60,420 nucleotides of DNA from an uncultured Candidatus Saccharibacteria bacterium (GTDB lineage: Bacteria > Patescibacteriota > Saccharimonadia > Saccharimonadales > JAGQNJ01), in NCBI GenBank assembly GCA_964583075.1, contig CAZOUW010000004.1, positions 1 to 60,420 on the forward strand. The letters run 5' to 3'. The notes under the pieces are model-generated. The model had not been told where the DNA came from. It did no database searches and saw nothing but the letters and a program-made list of their open reading frames with translations. Both the position numbers and the translations under genes were made by a program. Positions 48,527-58,983 of the stretch are shown here, piece after piece (position 1 is the stretch's first letter; each line of letters begins with the position of its first letter).

Positions 48527-49185
48527 TTCACTACCTTCTCTTTGATTGTTAGACCTTTAGCTGCTTGGTAGTAGGACTCTGCTTCAACAGACAGACCAAT
48601 GCCTTTTGTGCCGCCTGCAAGTTTAACAGTCTTTACTTTTATTGGACGGATTGAAAGCTCGAGCGTAGACAGTAGATCCCTTACGCCGTCGTAGTTATTA
48701 ACTGTAGTTTCCATTTCAAATGGCATCGCAACTGGCTCATCCTTATCAGACTTTGATTGTGCAACCTCTTCGTCCTTGCCTCCAATACTATCCAGTCTAA
48801 AGTTTTTTGAATTCAGCAGCTTTTCAATACTTGTTATCAGCGCAGGGAAATCATATTTGCTCGGCAGAGAATCCAGGACAATCTTGGAGTTATTACCATC
48901 TCTATCACCAGTTCCGTTGGGGTTGCCACCTATTATATTATCTGGTGCGCTAACAAACTCTTTGTAGGAAACGGCAAGTTTCTCAACTTCTTGAATATTC
49001 GTATCTAACTGAGATACTGCCTTCTCCTTTTCTGCTATAACCCGGCCTTGATAATTTCGTTGGCTGTAAAGAGCTCTGCCCGCAATAATCGCAAACATAA
49101 CTAAAAATCCTGCCACCGCAAGCGCAGCAACCATCGAAGCATTTGCTTTGTCAATAAGTGCTTTTTTTGTATGAAGTATAGCCAT
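48523..49185 (-). CDS. pilO: PilO-like pilus alignment protein
   Basis: The 220-aa ORF has an N-terminal TM helix and a coiled coil, and sits after pilN. Confidence 0.65.
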   Translation of the reverse strand: MAILHTKKALIDKANASMVAALAVAGFLVMFAIIAGRALYSQRNYQGRVIAEKEKAVSQLDTNIQEVEKLAVSYKEFVSAPDNIIGGNPNGTGDRDGNNSKIVLDSLPSKYDFPALITSIEKLLNSKNFRLDSIGGKDEEVAQSKSDKDEPVAMPFEMETTVNNYDGVRDLLSTLELSIRPIKVKTVKLAGGTKGIGLSVEAESYYQAAKGLTIKEKVVK

Positions 49186-49186
49186 G

Positions 49187-49885
49187 TTAGTTACCCTGTT
49201 CCTCTAATGCCTTAGTGGGCTCAAACAAATCTGAAGGTGCTTCAACCGCTGAACGTGTAGAAATAATGTTAGGTACTACTAGCTCAACCGACTTTGTGTT
49301 ATCAAAGATAATTGGATCATACTTCAGCTCTATAGAGTAAGATGTGCGCCCCGTGTCTTTGGTGCCAGCCTTGTCCACGCCAAAATCACTCAAAACAACT
49401 TCTGAAAATGCCTTTGCAGTACTGTCACCGTTTTTGTAGTCAGTGAATTTAATGGTGTCGACAAATTGGTTAACAGTTTCTAGCTTACCTGCCGATCCCT
49501 CTAGGGTTATTTTATTTTCCTCAAAATCAATCTCTACATCAGATATCTTGGCATCTTGTGGAGTTAGCTGAATCAGGTAGGTATATAGCCTGCTGCCGGC
49601 GGGCTTTGCCTCGTGCAGTCCAGTAAGACTCCCTAGTTGATTTTGAACAGTCAGAACCTTGTCTAGGTCTGGTACTGTTTCAAGCTGCTTTGTTTTTGTG
49701 TCAATGTCATGATCCAAATGAGATATGTGCTGCTTCTGGAAAACGTTTACTATCATAAATAGCAGGACAATGACAAAAATCGACAGTGCTATTGCAGAGA
49801 AAGATGCAAGCATAACCGTACGCTTTGTACGTTTAGTTTTTGCGTACTCGAGTTTGACGTCTGGCAGTAAATTAAATTGAATCAT
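49187..49885 (-). CDS. pilN: PilN-like pilus alignment protein
   Basis: The N-terminus MIQFNLLPD is followed by a TM helix, and the gene sits after pilM. Confidence 0.7.
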   Translation of the reverse strand: MIQFNLLPDVKLEYAKTKRTKRTVMLASFSAIALSIFVIVLLFMIVNVFQKQHISHLDHDIDTKTKQLETVPDLDKVLTVQNQLGSLTGLHEAKPAGSRLYTYLIQLTPQDAKISDVEIDFEENKITLEGSAGKLETVNQFVDTIKFTDYKNGDSTAKAFSEVVLSDFGVDKAGTKDTGRTSYSIELKYDPIIFDNTKSVELVVPNIISTRSAVEAPSDLFEPTKALEEQGN

Positions 49886-50923
49886 TTACTCCTGCCTCTC
49901 CGCTAAACCAGCGGCAACACCAAAATATGGTGAAAGTGCCATCAGGTCTGCTTGCTGTGCCGAGCCGACATTAACGTTGCGCCAAGCGTTGCCGATCTCT
50001 ACATTCAAGCCAGTCTTATTTGCAATATATGCTGGCATTTCAGGTATAACAGCCGAGGCACCGGAAGCTATAACTCTTTCAACCCCAACTTGATAACGAT
50101 TCATGAAGAACTTGATAGACTTATCAATCTCTGCCATCAAAATATCAATAGTTGTAATAACGGCATTGTATATTTGGCCTTCGAGGCGATCCTTACTTAA
50201 TCCAAATTTGTACACAAACTGGTGTGCCTGTTGCTCGTCAATGCTTAGGTTTTGTACTGCTGCTTTTACAATGGCATTTGCACCGGTTGGTATTGATCGA
50301 GTCAAGCGTGGCGCTCCCTGCGCAACAATAACGATATCTGTACTATTTTGCCCCACATCAACTACCATCTGAGTACTGCCTGCGTCCGGAGCTATCAAAG
50401 CCCTGCTGAGAGAAATGTTATCTGGCTCAAAGGCTATTACATTGAGGCCAATAGATTCTAGCAAATCTAATCTACTTTCTATGTAGTCGTTTGGCACGCT
50501 CGTAAGCAAAACTTCTACCTTGCTTTGGTCTTTTGGCGAGTCACCAAGCATAGCCCAATCTATTTTTGATTCAGCAACAGGCGTCGGAATTATCGAGTCA
50601 GCTTGGAGCTTTATCGACTTTGCCAATTCTGACTGAGAAAGCCGATCAATATCAACCAACGTTGTAAATACACGCTGTGATGGTATACCAACAACCACAT
50701 TCTTACTAAGAACCTTAGCCTGTACAAGAAGATCCTTGATGATCTGTGCTACTTTTTGCTGATCAGGTGCAGAGTCACTCATTGACAGCTTTATGTCTAT
50801 TGGTACATAACCAAATCGAACAAGCTGTTTTACTGGCCCGCCCCCCCTTAGTTCTACTAATCTTACTGCCGAGGTGCCGATGTCCAGTCCGAAAAAATCA
50901 GAGACGCCGGTTAATAAACTCAT
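49886..50923 (-). CDS. pilM: Actin-like ATPase PilM
   Basis: FGLDIGTSAVRLVEL marks the start of an actin/Hsp70 fold. The ORF is 345 aa. Confidence 0.88.
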   Translation of the reverse strand: MSLLTGVSDFFGLDIGTSAVRLVELRGGGPVKQLVRFGYVPIDIKLSMSDSAPDQQKVAQIIKDLLVQAKVLSKNVVVGIPSQRVFTTLVDIDRLSQSELAKSIKLQADSIIPTPVAESKIDWAMLGDSPKDQSKVEVLLTSVPNDYIESRLDLLESIGLNVIAFEPDNISLSRALIAPDAGSTQMVVDVGQNSTDIVIVAQGAPRLTRSIPTGANAIVKAAVQNLSIDEQQAHQFVYKFGLSKDRLEGQIYNAVITTIDILMAEIDKSIKFFMNRYQVGVERVIASGASAVIPEMPAYIANKTGLNVEIGNAWRNVNVGSAQQADLMALSPYFGVAAGLAERQE

Positions 50924-50973
50924 TACCGTTGATTATAGCATAAGCGCTATTGCTTTGTGCAAGTAGATTTTGT

Positions 50974-53172
50974 CTACAAAACCGGCGGCAATCCTACAAT
51001 TGAGTCATATTCAGTTGGTCGAGTTGTTGGATCATGTGCTTCATCACCGGCTTTACTAAACATAAGATCTGGCCTAAAGATAAATACTTCTGCTATCTCT
51101 GACGCTCCTGGGCCCTCACCAGGGTTGGCATTGTTTATGTCTCCTTTGAGGCGGTTGAGCTTTAGGTCACTAGAAATGAACGAGCCTTGTACGACTAATT
51201 GGTTGTCTCTACATTCTTCCCAAGTATGTCCAGCTCCAGCACAGGTGTTAATAGTTCCTCCACCGCCTGGACCTGGTTGTGCAATATATACACCCTGTAG
51301 CTCAGTTACATTAGGTGCTATATAGATGTTGCCACGTACAATCAAGACAAATTTAGGTATCTGAGCCATATCGGCACCGGCCGCAGAACCATCAAAGTTG
51401 TAGTCATCCAAAATCACATTATCTGTAATCGTTAGATCGCCTTCATAGAAGTAGTAACCGCTCTTGGCCACATCAATAACCCCATTACTACTCCACTCAC
51501 CAGACCCCGAAGCATCCCCTACTTTACTCGCAGAGTTAGCAAGGTTGTGTTCGTCAATAGTTGCTTGGTCGGGGAACTTACCATCAATGTATTCACTGTA
51601 GTAGTCCGGAATACAGCCGGCGTACGCAGCGCTGTCATTTCCTGGTTTTATTGCCCCAAAGTTGGCAATCGGCGTACTACCAACTCCTGTACTGTTACCA
51701 AACGACAATCCAGCTGGAGCGGATGGTGAACCCGGTCTGGTTGATGCCGACAAGAATCCATCTATTGCACCGGTTGCACGAGCTGCAAGCTCTGTGCCAG
51801 AGCCACGCCAGCCACTACTTGGATGTTGAGCAAAGGACTTTATCTCTGCACTAGTAGAGCCGGTGCACGTACCACCGCTTGTGAAGTTACGGCCAACCAC
51901 AACATCTCCGCCGTAGACACGGAAGTAGGGCTTAGCCGAATGAGGCCCTGTAGTAGGGCACGCCCTTGAATCGTTGCCTGAATTACTTAAAGACCCGCTG
52001 CCACCAGGAGAAACTGATATACTGGCATCCATAGTTTGGCCAACAGCCGGGTTAGAGCTAACTTCTATTGAGCCTGTTGGCCAATTAGTATTGTTATATA
52101 CAGTTGTTTCATTACTAAGAATTACTTGGGTTGGGTCGTTAAGTCTCACGTTTCTGGTTACGGTAACATCACCGGCTATATTACCATTTCTCGAAAAGGT
52201 AAATATTGCTGTTCCGGAATCTATGTCACAAACAACATCTACCCCCACGTCCCACTCGGCTGGGCAAGTAAAGGTACCTGTGCCTATCGACGAAAAACCA
52301 AAGCCATTACCGGGTGTGCCTGTAGCATTAGCTGCCAATGCTATCCATTCATAGGTAGAACCGTCCTTTAGTTGGCTTGGGATAGGTGTAGTATAGCCAC
52401 GATCACCTCCCACGCCATACGCAGCCAGTGCTACTGTGTTAAATGGAGGGTTCGGGATTGGCTGATTACCCGTAGTATAGACTGTTAGACTTGGATCCCA
52501 TGTGGCCGCACCCGCATGCTTTATTGCGATTCCAATACCCAACTGTGCAAAAAGATTGTCCGCATCTAACGCCCAACCCTGAAAGCCGGCATTACAATCG
52601 GCAAGAGCTTGTCCGGCCGGATCGTGATTAGTTTGATTTATTTCAGAGCAAAACCATGACACATTAACCCCAAATGTAAAACCGAATGTACTAACCCCCC
52701 TGCTAGGCAATTCATTAAATGCAGTTTGAGCCCAACTCGTGGGGATTGCTGTAGCCCTACCATGGTCTACTGACGTACCTGGAGCGTAGTGCCCCGCAAA
52801 AGCTTCCCAGCTACTGGTAAAGTTATAGCCCATTATGTCTTGGTTGCCATCAGCAACGCCGTAAATCATAATACTGCCGGCATTAGCACTTTGACACGTG
52901 TCTTGTACGGCGCCCCAAGAAGCTCCGTTCCTAAAACCATCTGTTGGCCCTGGGCCATTTACATCGTAAACCATCCAGCTATGGCCATCACGAGTCTGAT
53001 GACCACCAGCACCACCACTACTGCTACCACCTCCACCAACCCCACCAGCTGCAAATGCCTTACTGGATAGTGCCAAACTACTACCGACAAACACCATCGC
53101 CAATACGATACCCATGAGTATTATATTCTTGCGAGAACTGAACACTTTGTTAAGTATTAAAGGATGGTTCAT
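50974..53172 (-). CDS. Large secreted protein of unknown function at the head of the pilus operon
   Basis: The 732-aa ORF has a signal anchor, then a Gly-rich tract (AAGGVGGGGSSSGGAGG), and is rich in G/S/T/N. I recognise no domain. Confidence 0.55.
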   Translation of the reverse strand: MNHPLILNKVFSSRKNIILMGIVLAMVFVGSSLALSSKAFAAGGVGGGGSSSGGAGGHQTRDGHSWMVYDVNGPGPTDGFRNGASWGAVQDTCQSANAGSIMIYGVADGNQDIMGYNFTSSWEAFAGHYAPGTSVDHGRATAIPTSWAQTAFNELPSRGVSTFGFTFGVNVSWFCSEINQTNHDPAGQALADCNAGFQGWALDADNLFAQLGIGIAIKHAGAATWDPSLTVYTTGNQPIPNPPFNTVALAAYGVGGDRGYTTPIPSQLKDGSTYEWIALAANATGTPGNGFGFSSIGTGTFTCPAEWDVGVDVVCDIDSGTAIFTFSRNGNIAGDVTVTRNVRLNDPTQVILSNETTVYNNTNWPTGSIEVSSNPAVGQTMDASISVSPGGSGSLSNSGNDSRACPTTGPHSAKPYFRVYGGDVVVGRNFTSGGTCTGSTSAEIKSFAQHPSSGWRGSGTELAARATGAIDGFLSASTRPGSPSAPAGLSFGNSTGVGSTPIANFGAIKPGNDSAAYAGCIPDYYSEYIDGKFPDQATIDEHNLANSASKVGDASGSGEWSSNGVIDVAKSGYYFYEGDLTITDNVILDDYNFDGSAAGADMAQIPKFVLIVRGNIYIAPNVTELQGVYIAQPGPGGGGTINTCAGAGHTWEECRDNQLVVQGSFISSDLKLNRLKGDINNANPGEGPGASEIAEVFIFRPDLMFSKAGDEAHDPTTRPTEYDSIVGLPPVL

Positions 53173-53534
53173 TACTGCGCTTGTCCCGTATTGCTTGAGT
53201 TACTGTCATCAATTTTAAAGTCTGGCTTAAATTCACCGGATGGAATTGAAGATGGATCTTGCTGATACTGTTGCAGCGCTTTATCTAATGCCGCTGGGTC
53301 TACTGTCTGACTCTCCATCGGCGTAATAGTGCCGTTATCAACAGTGGGGTTGTAATACCTATACACTACAGTCCCTAGGCTCATAACAATTACCACTACA
53401 CCTATAACAAGCAGAATCCTTTGCTTGAAGTTAAAAGCCTTGAATTTGGACTTGAGTTTACTCAACTTAGTTTTTTTAACAGTGACTTCGCCCACTTCAC
53501 CGCCACCAGTTAGCTTGGTTTGATTCACAGCCAT
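53172..53534 (-). CDS. Small membrane-anchored protein, first gene of the pilus operon
   Basis: The 120-aa ORF has one TM helix. Its stop overlaps the next start (TAATG). Confidence 0.5.
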   Translation of the reverse strand: MAVNQTKLTGGGEVGEVTVKKTKLSKLKSKFKAFNFKQRILLVIGVVVIVMSLGTVVYRYYNPTVDNGTITPMESQTVDPAALDKALQQYQQDPSSIPSGEFKPDFKIDDSNSSNTGQAQ

Positions 53535-53627
53535 GATTAAATATATGATACACCTAATGCTTATGTTTTAAAAATAGTTTTATGTATCACTAAGACAAAT
53601 CTATTCACCTCTGTTATAATACAATCA

Positions 53628-54707
53628 ATGAGTTTATCTATTGGAATAGTCGGACTGCCTAATGTCGGCAAGTCTACCCTGTTTAATGCTTTGACCGACA
53701 ATAATATATTGGCGGCCAATTATCCTTTTGCAACGATTGAGCCTAATACTGGGATCGTACCCATTCCGGATAATCGTTTAGAAGAACTTTCCAAGCTGTA
53801 TAACAGCCAGAAGATCGTACCCGCCACGGTAACATTTGTAGATATTGCCGGTCTTGTAGCAGGCGCAAGCCAAGGCGAGGGTTTGGGCAATCAGTTTTTG
53901 GCAAATATCCGTAGCACAAACGCCATTGCCCATGTAGTACGCGCTTTTGAAGATAGTGACGTAGTGCATGTCGATAACGCGCACAATCCAAAGCAAGATA
54001 TTGACATCATAAATACAGAGCTAGTACTCGCAGACTTACAAACGGTAGAAAAGCGACTACCTCGCCTCGCCAAAGAAGCACGAGCAAACCCAAAACTTAA
54101 GAGCCAAGCTGACAAACTTGAAAAAATTAAACAATGTCTTGACGGTGGCAAACCCGTCAACAGCATCTTTACTGAAGAAGAGCTTGAAGATTTTACAGAC
54201 TTACATCTGCTCACTATGAAGCCAGTCATCTATGTCTTTAATGTTGATGAGTCAACACTTGGCAATCAAGCCAAACAAGATGAGCTTTCTGGTCTTGCGG
54301 CACCAGCACAGTCAATTTTTGTTTGTGCCAAACTAGAAGACGAACTAAAAAGCCTCGACGAACCGGATAAGCAGGAATTGCTTAACAGCTACGGCGTTAA
54401 AAGTTCTGGGCTAGAACAACTTATTCACGCCGCATATGACACCCTTGGGCTACAAAGTTACCTCACCGCCGGTGAAAAAGAAGTTAGGGCCTGGACAATT
54501 AAAAAAGGTTCGACCGCCCCACAGGCAGCGGGTGTAATTCATGGCGATTTTGAGCGTGGTTTTATCGCAGCCCAGATCATTAGCTATCCAGATTTGTTAG
54601 CCGCAGGATCAGAAACAGCAGCAAAATCCGCCGGCAAAGTCCGCACCGAAGGCAAAACCTACGTGATGCAACCTGATGACGTCGTTGAGTTCCGCTTTAA
54701 CGTGTAG
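53628..54707 (+). CDS. ychF: Ribosome-binding ATPase YchF
   Basis: It has IGIVGLPNVGKSTLFNALT, a TGS-like C-terminus and is 359 aa. Confidence 0.95.
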   Translation: MSLSIGIVGLPNVGKSTLFNALTDNNILAANYPFATIEPNTGIVPIPDNRLEELSKLYNSQKIVPATVTFVDIAGLVAGASQGEGLGNQFLANIRSTNAIAHVVRAFEDSDVVHVDNAHNPKQDIDIINTELVLADLQTVEKRLPRLAKEARANPKLKSQADKLEKIKQCLDGGKPVNSIFTEEELEDFTDLHLLTMKPVIYVFNVDESTLGNQAKQDELSGLAAPAQSIFVCAKLEDELKSLDEPDKQELLNSYGVKSSGLEQLIHAAYDTLGLQSYLTAGEKEVRAWTIKKGSTAPQAAGVIHGDFERGFIAAQIISYPDLLAAGSETAAKSAGKVRTEGKTYVMQPDDVVEFRFNV

Positions 54708-55332
54708 CCAGGCCACCCTGTTTGTATCGAGAAACTAGCGACGGCCGTGGATACAATGGCTTAATGAGCGGTTTTGTACGAATGAAATCAACCGTTGCTA
54801 TCTTACCGGCAACGTGAGCTAACGAATGTCGTTTGATATGGGCCTGGTAACTACTTGCAAAGTCATTCTGAACCTGCACCGGCTGAGCAACTGGCTGAAC
54901 TATGCTAGGAGTTTCCTGATCACCCACCCACTGATCATCAATATGACGCAACTCCATAACCCGGTGCTGGATATAACGCACAAGATCTCTAAAGCGATCT
55001 TGTTTCCAGCAGGTAAAAGTCAGTGTTTTATTGATGGTTATGATAGAAACCGAAGCATCAAGCAACCTGGCGTAAAAATCAACCTCAGATACCATGTCAT
55101 AACGGATATCTTCCATCGTGAGGAACCAGGGTTTTTTGTCAATCAGCAATATACGCCTGTCAGTAGCAGCCATCAATGCAAAGCCACCTTCATATTGCCC
55201 TAAGACAGCGTGTTTGATCACCTCGTTTGGGGCCAAAATATGGCACAGCTCCCTTATCTCTGGCTTACCAAAGAACCGATTCTTTAAGCCTACTTTATGT
55301 AGTTGAGACTCTACTTTTTGTAGCTCTACCAT
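54697..55332 (-). CDS. PH-domain (YokE-like) protein
   Basis: The region VIKHAVLGQYEGGFALMAATDRRILLIDKKPW is typical of the bacterial PH fold. Confidence 0.55.
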   Translation of the reverse strand: MVELQKVESQLHKVGLKNRFFGKPEIRELCHILAPNEVIKHAVLGQYEGGFALMAATDRRILLIDKKPWFLTMEDIRYDMVSEVDFYARLLDASVSIITINKTLTFTCWKQDRFRDLVRYIQHRVMELRHIDDQWVGDQETPSIVQPVAQPVQVQNDFASSYQAHIKRHSLAHVAGKIATVDFIRTKPLIKPLYPRPSLVSRYKQGGLATR

Positions 55333-55473
55333 TCCTCGTCCCTCCTTACCACCTATATAATCCCACTACTACAGCAAAGATACAGTTAATTTGGACACAG
55401 ACTGAGTGAGACAATTATCACACTGGATTTTAAAAATTGTAGACAGTATTTATATTTGTGTCATAATAAGTCT

Positions 55474-56121
55474 ATGTTGGGCAATGAAAGCCAGTTAGAA
55501 GTTTTCTTAAGTCTCTTTAAGCGTGGAACGCATCTCACCTACAATAAAGGCGAATATATCATCCGGCCAGGTGAATCGCCTTCTCACATCTTTTACATAG
55601 ATGAAGGCCTCGTAAAGGCCTTTAATATTAGTAAGTATGGTGAAGAGAATCTACTGATTATTAGAAAACCTCATGAAATCTTTCCGCTAATTTGGACAAT
55701 TACCGGTCAAGGCAGAAGTATTATTTATCAGACACTTACGCCAACCAAGGTGTATCGCATTGACCATGAAGAGTTTAATAAATTCTTAAGAGAAAACACC
55801 GAGGCACTCTATCCATTTATCGATCTTGTAACTGAGCAATACCAAATGCACTCAGAAAGGATCTTAAATCTTGAATACCGTAGCGTGCGTGAACGTTTGG
55901 TGTCGTTTCTTTTGACAATGGCCCTACGCTTTGGCAAGAAAACATCGGCAGGTGTTGTTATTGATGTACCCCTAAAACAACAAGATATCGCTAGCTCAAT
56001 CAACGCCAGCCGTGAAACTACTAGCCGTGAAATTGGCATTTTAGAGCGTAAAGGTCTAGTTAAAAACTCGCAGTCGTTTATCACAATTCTTGATAAGAAA
56101 GCTTTAAAAAAGCTACTGTAA
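55474..56121 (+). CDS. Crp/Fnr-family transcriptional regulator
   Basis: It has a cNMP-binding-like beta-barrel and a C-terminal HTH (QQDIASSINASRETTSREIGILERKGLV). The start is taken at the ATG at 55474. Confidence 0.8.
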   Translation: MLGNESQLEVFLSLFKRGTHLTYNKGEYIIRPGESPSHIFYIDEGLVKAFNISKYGEENLLIIRKPHEIFPLIWTITGQGRSIIYQTLTPTKVYRIDHEEFNKFLRENTEALYPFIDLVTEQYQMHSERILNLEYRSVRERLVSFLLTMALRFGKKTSAGVVIDVPLKQQDIASSINASRETTSREIGILERKGLVKNSQSFITILDKKALKKLL

Positions 56122-56997
56122 AGCTTTTTCAAGTTCAGCACCAAGCGTCGCAACATTTTTATAGCCAGCGTTTTGAGTCATTGCAACCACCACTACTTTT
56201 TGGCCATTTTTAAGTTCTACGATTGCCACATCATGCCACTCCGAGACCCCACGCCAACCAACCTTGTTGTAAACGGTTGAGCTAGTAAACCCAGATGGTA
56301 AACCACGCCTGTAGAGCGCATCTTGGGTTTTCATAGAATCGAGATAAGATTTGCGAGATTCTGCAGAAAGATCTTTACCATTCTCAATATGTGCAATCAA
56401 TATTGCCATGTCATTTGGAGTAGTAGTTAGACCACCATAATTGGTATTTGTGAGTCCGTACTGTTTGGCCTTCTGGTTCAGTGTCGATCCGCCAATCTCA
56501 GCCATCATCTTCTCACCACATGGACTATTTGAGTCTCTAATCATAGCATCCAAGCACTCACCTCTTGTGTAACCATTTAAGTAAGGGTCACTTAAGTTAT
56601 ACGTACCGTCATCAATTTGCTGATACCCTATGTACGCAACGAGCAGTTTATATAAACTTGCCATGTCATCAGATTTATCACTATTTACTTCTGCGAGTGA
56701 TGTTCCGCTCAAATCAGTTATCTTGATTGCATAGTCCCCCGGATGGTTTGCAATAAATTCATCAACAACCGGCTGTAAATTTGGCAATTGTGGTTGAGTG
56801 TTTGTACCTGGTGCTACTTCGGTTTTTTGTTCTGAGACCGCTTGTTCTTGAGCCGCGGGTTTTTCATCGTCGCGCAAGAAAAACCACCCCGCCAACCCTG
56901 CAACCAACAGAATAGCAGCCACAATGACCACGACTTTTTTAGCGGAACGACGTCTTTTGGGCTTATATCTTCCACTGTTATAAACTGAATAACTCAC
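56113..56997 (-). CDS. Membrane-anchored class A beta-lactamase-like serine hydrolase
   Basis: It has an N-terminal TM helix, an SxxK motif (SLYK) and a KVG triad-like motif near the C-terminus. Confidence 0.55.
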   Translation of the reverse strand: MSYSVYNSGRYKPKRRRSAKKVVVIVAAILLVAGLAGWFFLRDDEKPAAQEQAVSEQKTEVAPGTNTQPQLPNLQPVVDEFIANHPGDYAIKITDLSGTSLAEVNSDKSDDMASLYKLLVAYIGYQQIDDGTYNLSDPYLNGYTRGECLDAMIRDSNSPCGEKMMAEIGGSTLNQKAKQYGLTNTNYGGLTTTPNDMAILIAHIENGKDLSAESRKSYLDSMKTQDALYRRGLPSGFTSSTVYNKVGWRGVSEWHDVAIVELKNGQKVVVVAMTQNAGYKNVATLGAELEKALQ

Positions 56998-57021
56998 GTC
57001 TTATAAGTATACGATACTCGG

Positions 57022-57741
57022 CTATTTTGTCGCCTTAAGTAAATAAAAACGTTCTTGATTACCTTTTGTGCCGGCTACTTTGCTATCAGCTTTATTCTGA
57101 ATCACAAAGTTACCCTTTACCCATACTTCGAAGTCTTTGAGTATATCTCGACGGATACGTTCATTCTTTATAACACCTTTATGTTTTGCGTCCATACCTA
57201 TTTCAAATTGAGGTTTTAGCATAGCAACAATCTGTGATTGCTTTGCAAGCCTCGCAACGTGTGGCAAAATCTCACGTAGTGATATAAAGGAAACATCGAT
57301 AACCACAATATCAGGCTGTGCACTCAGTTCAGTTATGTCACGAATATCAGTTTGCTCATGTAACTCAATCTTCTGGTCACCGTGTAGCTTTGGATGTAAT
57401 TGATCTGTACCGACATCAACTGCAATCACTTTTTGCGCACCATGTTGTAAAGCATAATCTGTAAAACCACCGGTTGATGAACCGACATCCAAAACGATCA
57501 CCCCTTGAAAGTCGAGTGCAAAATCTTGGGCAATCGACGCCAACTTTAGCCCTGCTCGTGAAACATAGCGTTCATTAGCCGTAACTTGTATATCTGCATC
57601 TTCACCAACAAAGTAACCAGATTTCTTTATAACTTGACCACCAACCTGGACTTCACCGAGCCGAATCAAATTTTCTGCCTGACTCCGCGTTTCCACCAGC
57701 TTGCGCATCACTAAAACTTGATCAAGTCGCTGTTTCTTCAT
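57022..57741 (-). CDS. tlyA: TlyA-family rRNA 2'-O-methyltransferase
   Basis: It has an N-terminal S4 domain and an FtsJ-like SAM motif (VLDVGSSTGGFTD). Confidence 0.88.
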   Translation of the reverse strand: MKKQRLDQVLVMRKLVETRSQAENLIRLGEVQVGGQVIKKSGYFVGEDADIQVTANERYVSRAGLKLASIAQDFALDFQGVIVLDVGSSTGGFTDYALQHGAQKVIAVDVGTDQLHPKLHGDQKIELHEQTDIRDITELSAQPDIVVIDVSFISLREILPHVARLAKQSQIVAMLKPQFEIGMDAKHKGVIKNERIRRDILKDFEVWVKGNFVIQNKADSKVAGTKGNQERFYLLKATK

Positions 57742-58415
57742 GATAAATCAAGAACCCTTTCGGGTGGCCAATCAATAATTTCGCCTATGGCATGGCCCTC
57801 AACGAGCCGCTTCTGCACTTCTGCAATACCCAAAACAACTCCTCGATCAATGTAGGGGGAATCCCAATCAAACCAATTATCAATAACTGAGTCATCGTTT
57901 CCGTAAGCCTCATAATCCATCACTAAAGCACGTTTTGCAGCTTGGTGATCAACAGCCATAGCATTAACGATTTCCATGTATAAATAATCCTCTACCATGC
58001 CAAGATCTTGCGTTACAAGATCCTCTGCAACATGAGCAATACCCTCACTTGCAATTTCCTCAAGCAGATCCCAGTTACCAAACCGTTCGTGACGCGCAGC
58101 GTGCGTCAACTCATGGGCAGAGGCAGTTGCATACGTTCCGAACCGCACCGCCGCTTTGTGGCGACGATAGTCATCATTGCGGATAAATAGTCTAAAACCC
58201 GTTTGATCCTGATTTTCTCCTACTGCCGGATAACTATTGCCGCATCGTCTTATGGATGCACGTTTTGGGTGACTGTATCTAATACCCAAAGACTGGACGG
58301 CTTCTGTGGCAAGATCAACCGCACCTTCAACATACGGCCTCATATAACGCCGATGTGAACGATGCCACCCCCCACCTCCCCAGATAACTTCAACTTCTGG
58401 GTTGGGGCCAGCCAT
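57738..58415 (-). CDS. Putative zinc metalloprotease (DUF2268-like, HExxH)
   Basis: It has a HELTH motif. The start is taken at MAGPNPEV (58415), just after the efp stop. Confidence 0.5.
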   Translation of the reverse strand: MAGPNPEVEVIWGGGGWHRSHRRYMRPYVEGAVDLATEAVQSLGIRYSHPKRASIRRCGNSYPAVGENQDQTGFRLFIRNDDYRRHKAAVRFGTYATASAHELTHAARHERFGNWDLLEEIASEGIAHVAEDLVTQDLGMVEDYLYMEIVNAMAVDHQAAKRALVMDYEAYGNDDSVIDNWFDWDSPYIDRGVVLGIAEVQKRLVEGHAIGEIIDWPPERVLDLS

Positions 58416-58416
58416 G

Positions 58417-58983
58417 TTAGTCTTTCTTCCTTTCACGGTAAGCGCCAGTTGACGTATCAACACTGATGATATCACCCACTTTTATGAAGGCTGGGACCCT
58501 GGCTCTTATGCCAGTCTCAAGTTCAGCATCTTTCAGTACACTTGAAGTTGTATCACCCTTAACTACATCTTCTGCATACGTAACTTTTAAGTAAACGTTC
58601 TTGGGTAATTCAACATTGATAATACGACCATCAAACAACTGTACAATAACTTTGTCACCCTCTTTCAGGTAGCCTGATTGGTCGCCTATTAAATCAGATG
58701 ACACTTCAAACTGCTCGTACGTCACGTCTTCCATAAAAAAGAATGTTGCGCCATCGTTATATAGATATTGTACGTTTTTATTTGTGACTTCGGCAGGTTC
58801 TAACTGTTCATTGCCCTTAAAGGTCTTCTCTAGTACTTTGCCGTCTAGCAAGCTTTTAATGCGTACATTCACAATAGAGCCACCGCGTCCCATAACTTTT
58901 TGTGAATATTCAACAACCCTGTACGGTTCGCCGTTAAATTGAAACAACGTGCCCTTTTTTAAATCTGTAATTCCAAACGCCAT
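58417..58983 (-). CDS. efp: Elongation factor P
   Basis: The 188-aa ORF has GEPYRVVEYSQKVMGRGGSIV and the KOW/OB domains. Confidence 0.93.
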   Translation of the reverse strand: MAFGITDLKKGTLFQFNGEPYRVVEYSQKVMGRGGSIVNVRIKSLLDGKVLEKTFKGNEQLEPAEVTNKNVQYLYNDGATFFFMEDVTYEQFEVSSDLIGDQSGYLKEGDKVIVQLFDGRIINVELPKNVYLKVTYAEDVVKGDTTSSVLKDAELETGIRARVPAFIKVGDIISVDTSTGAYRERKKD

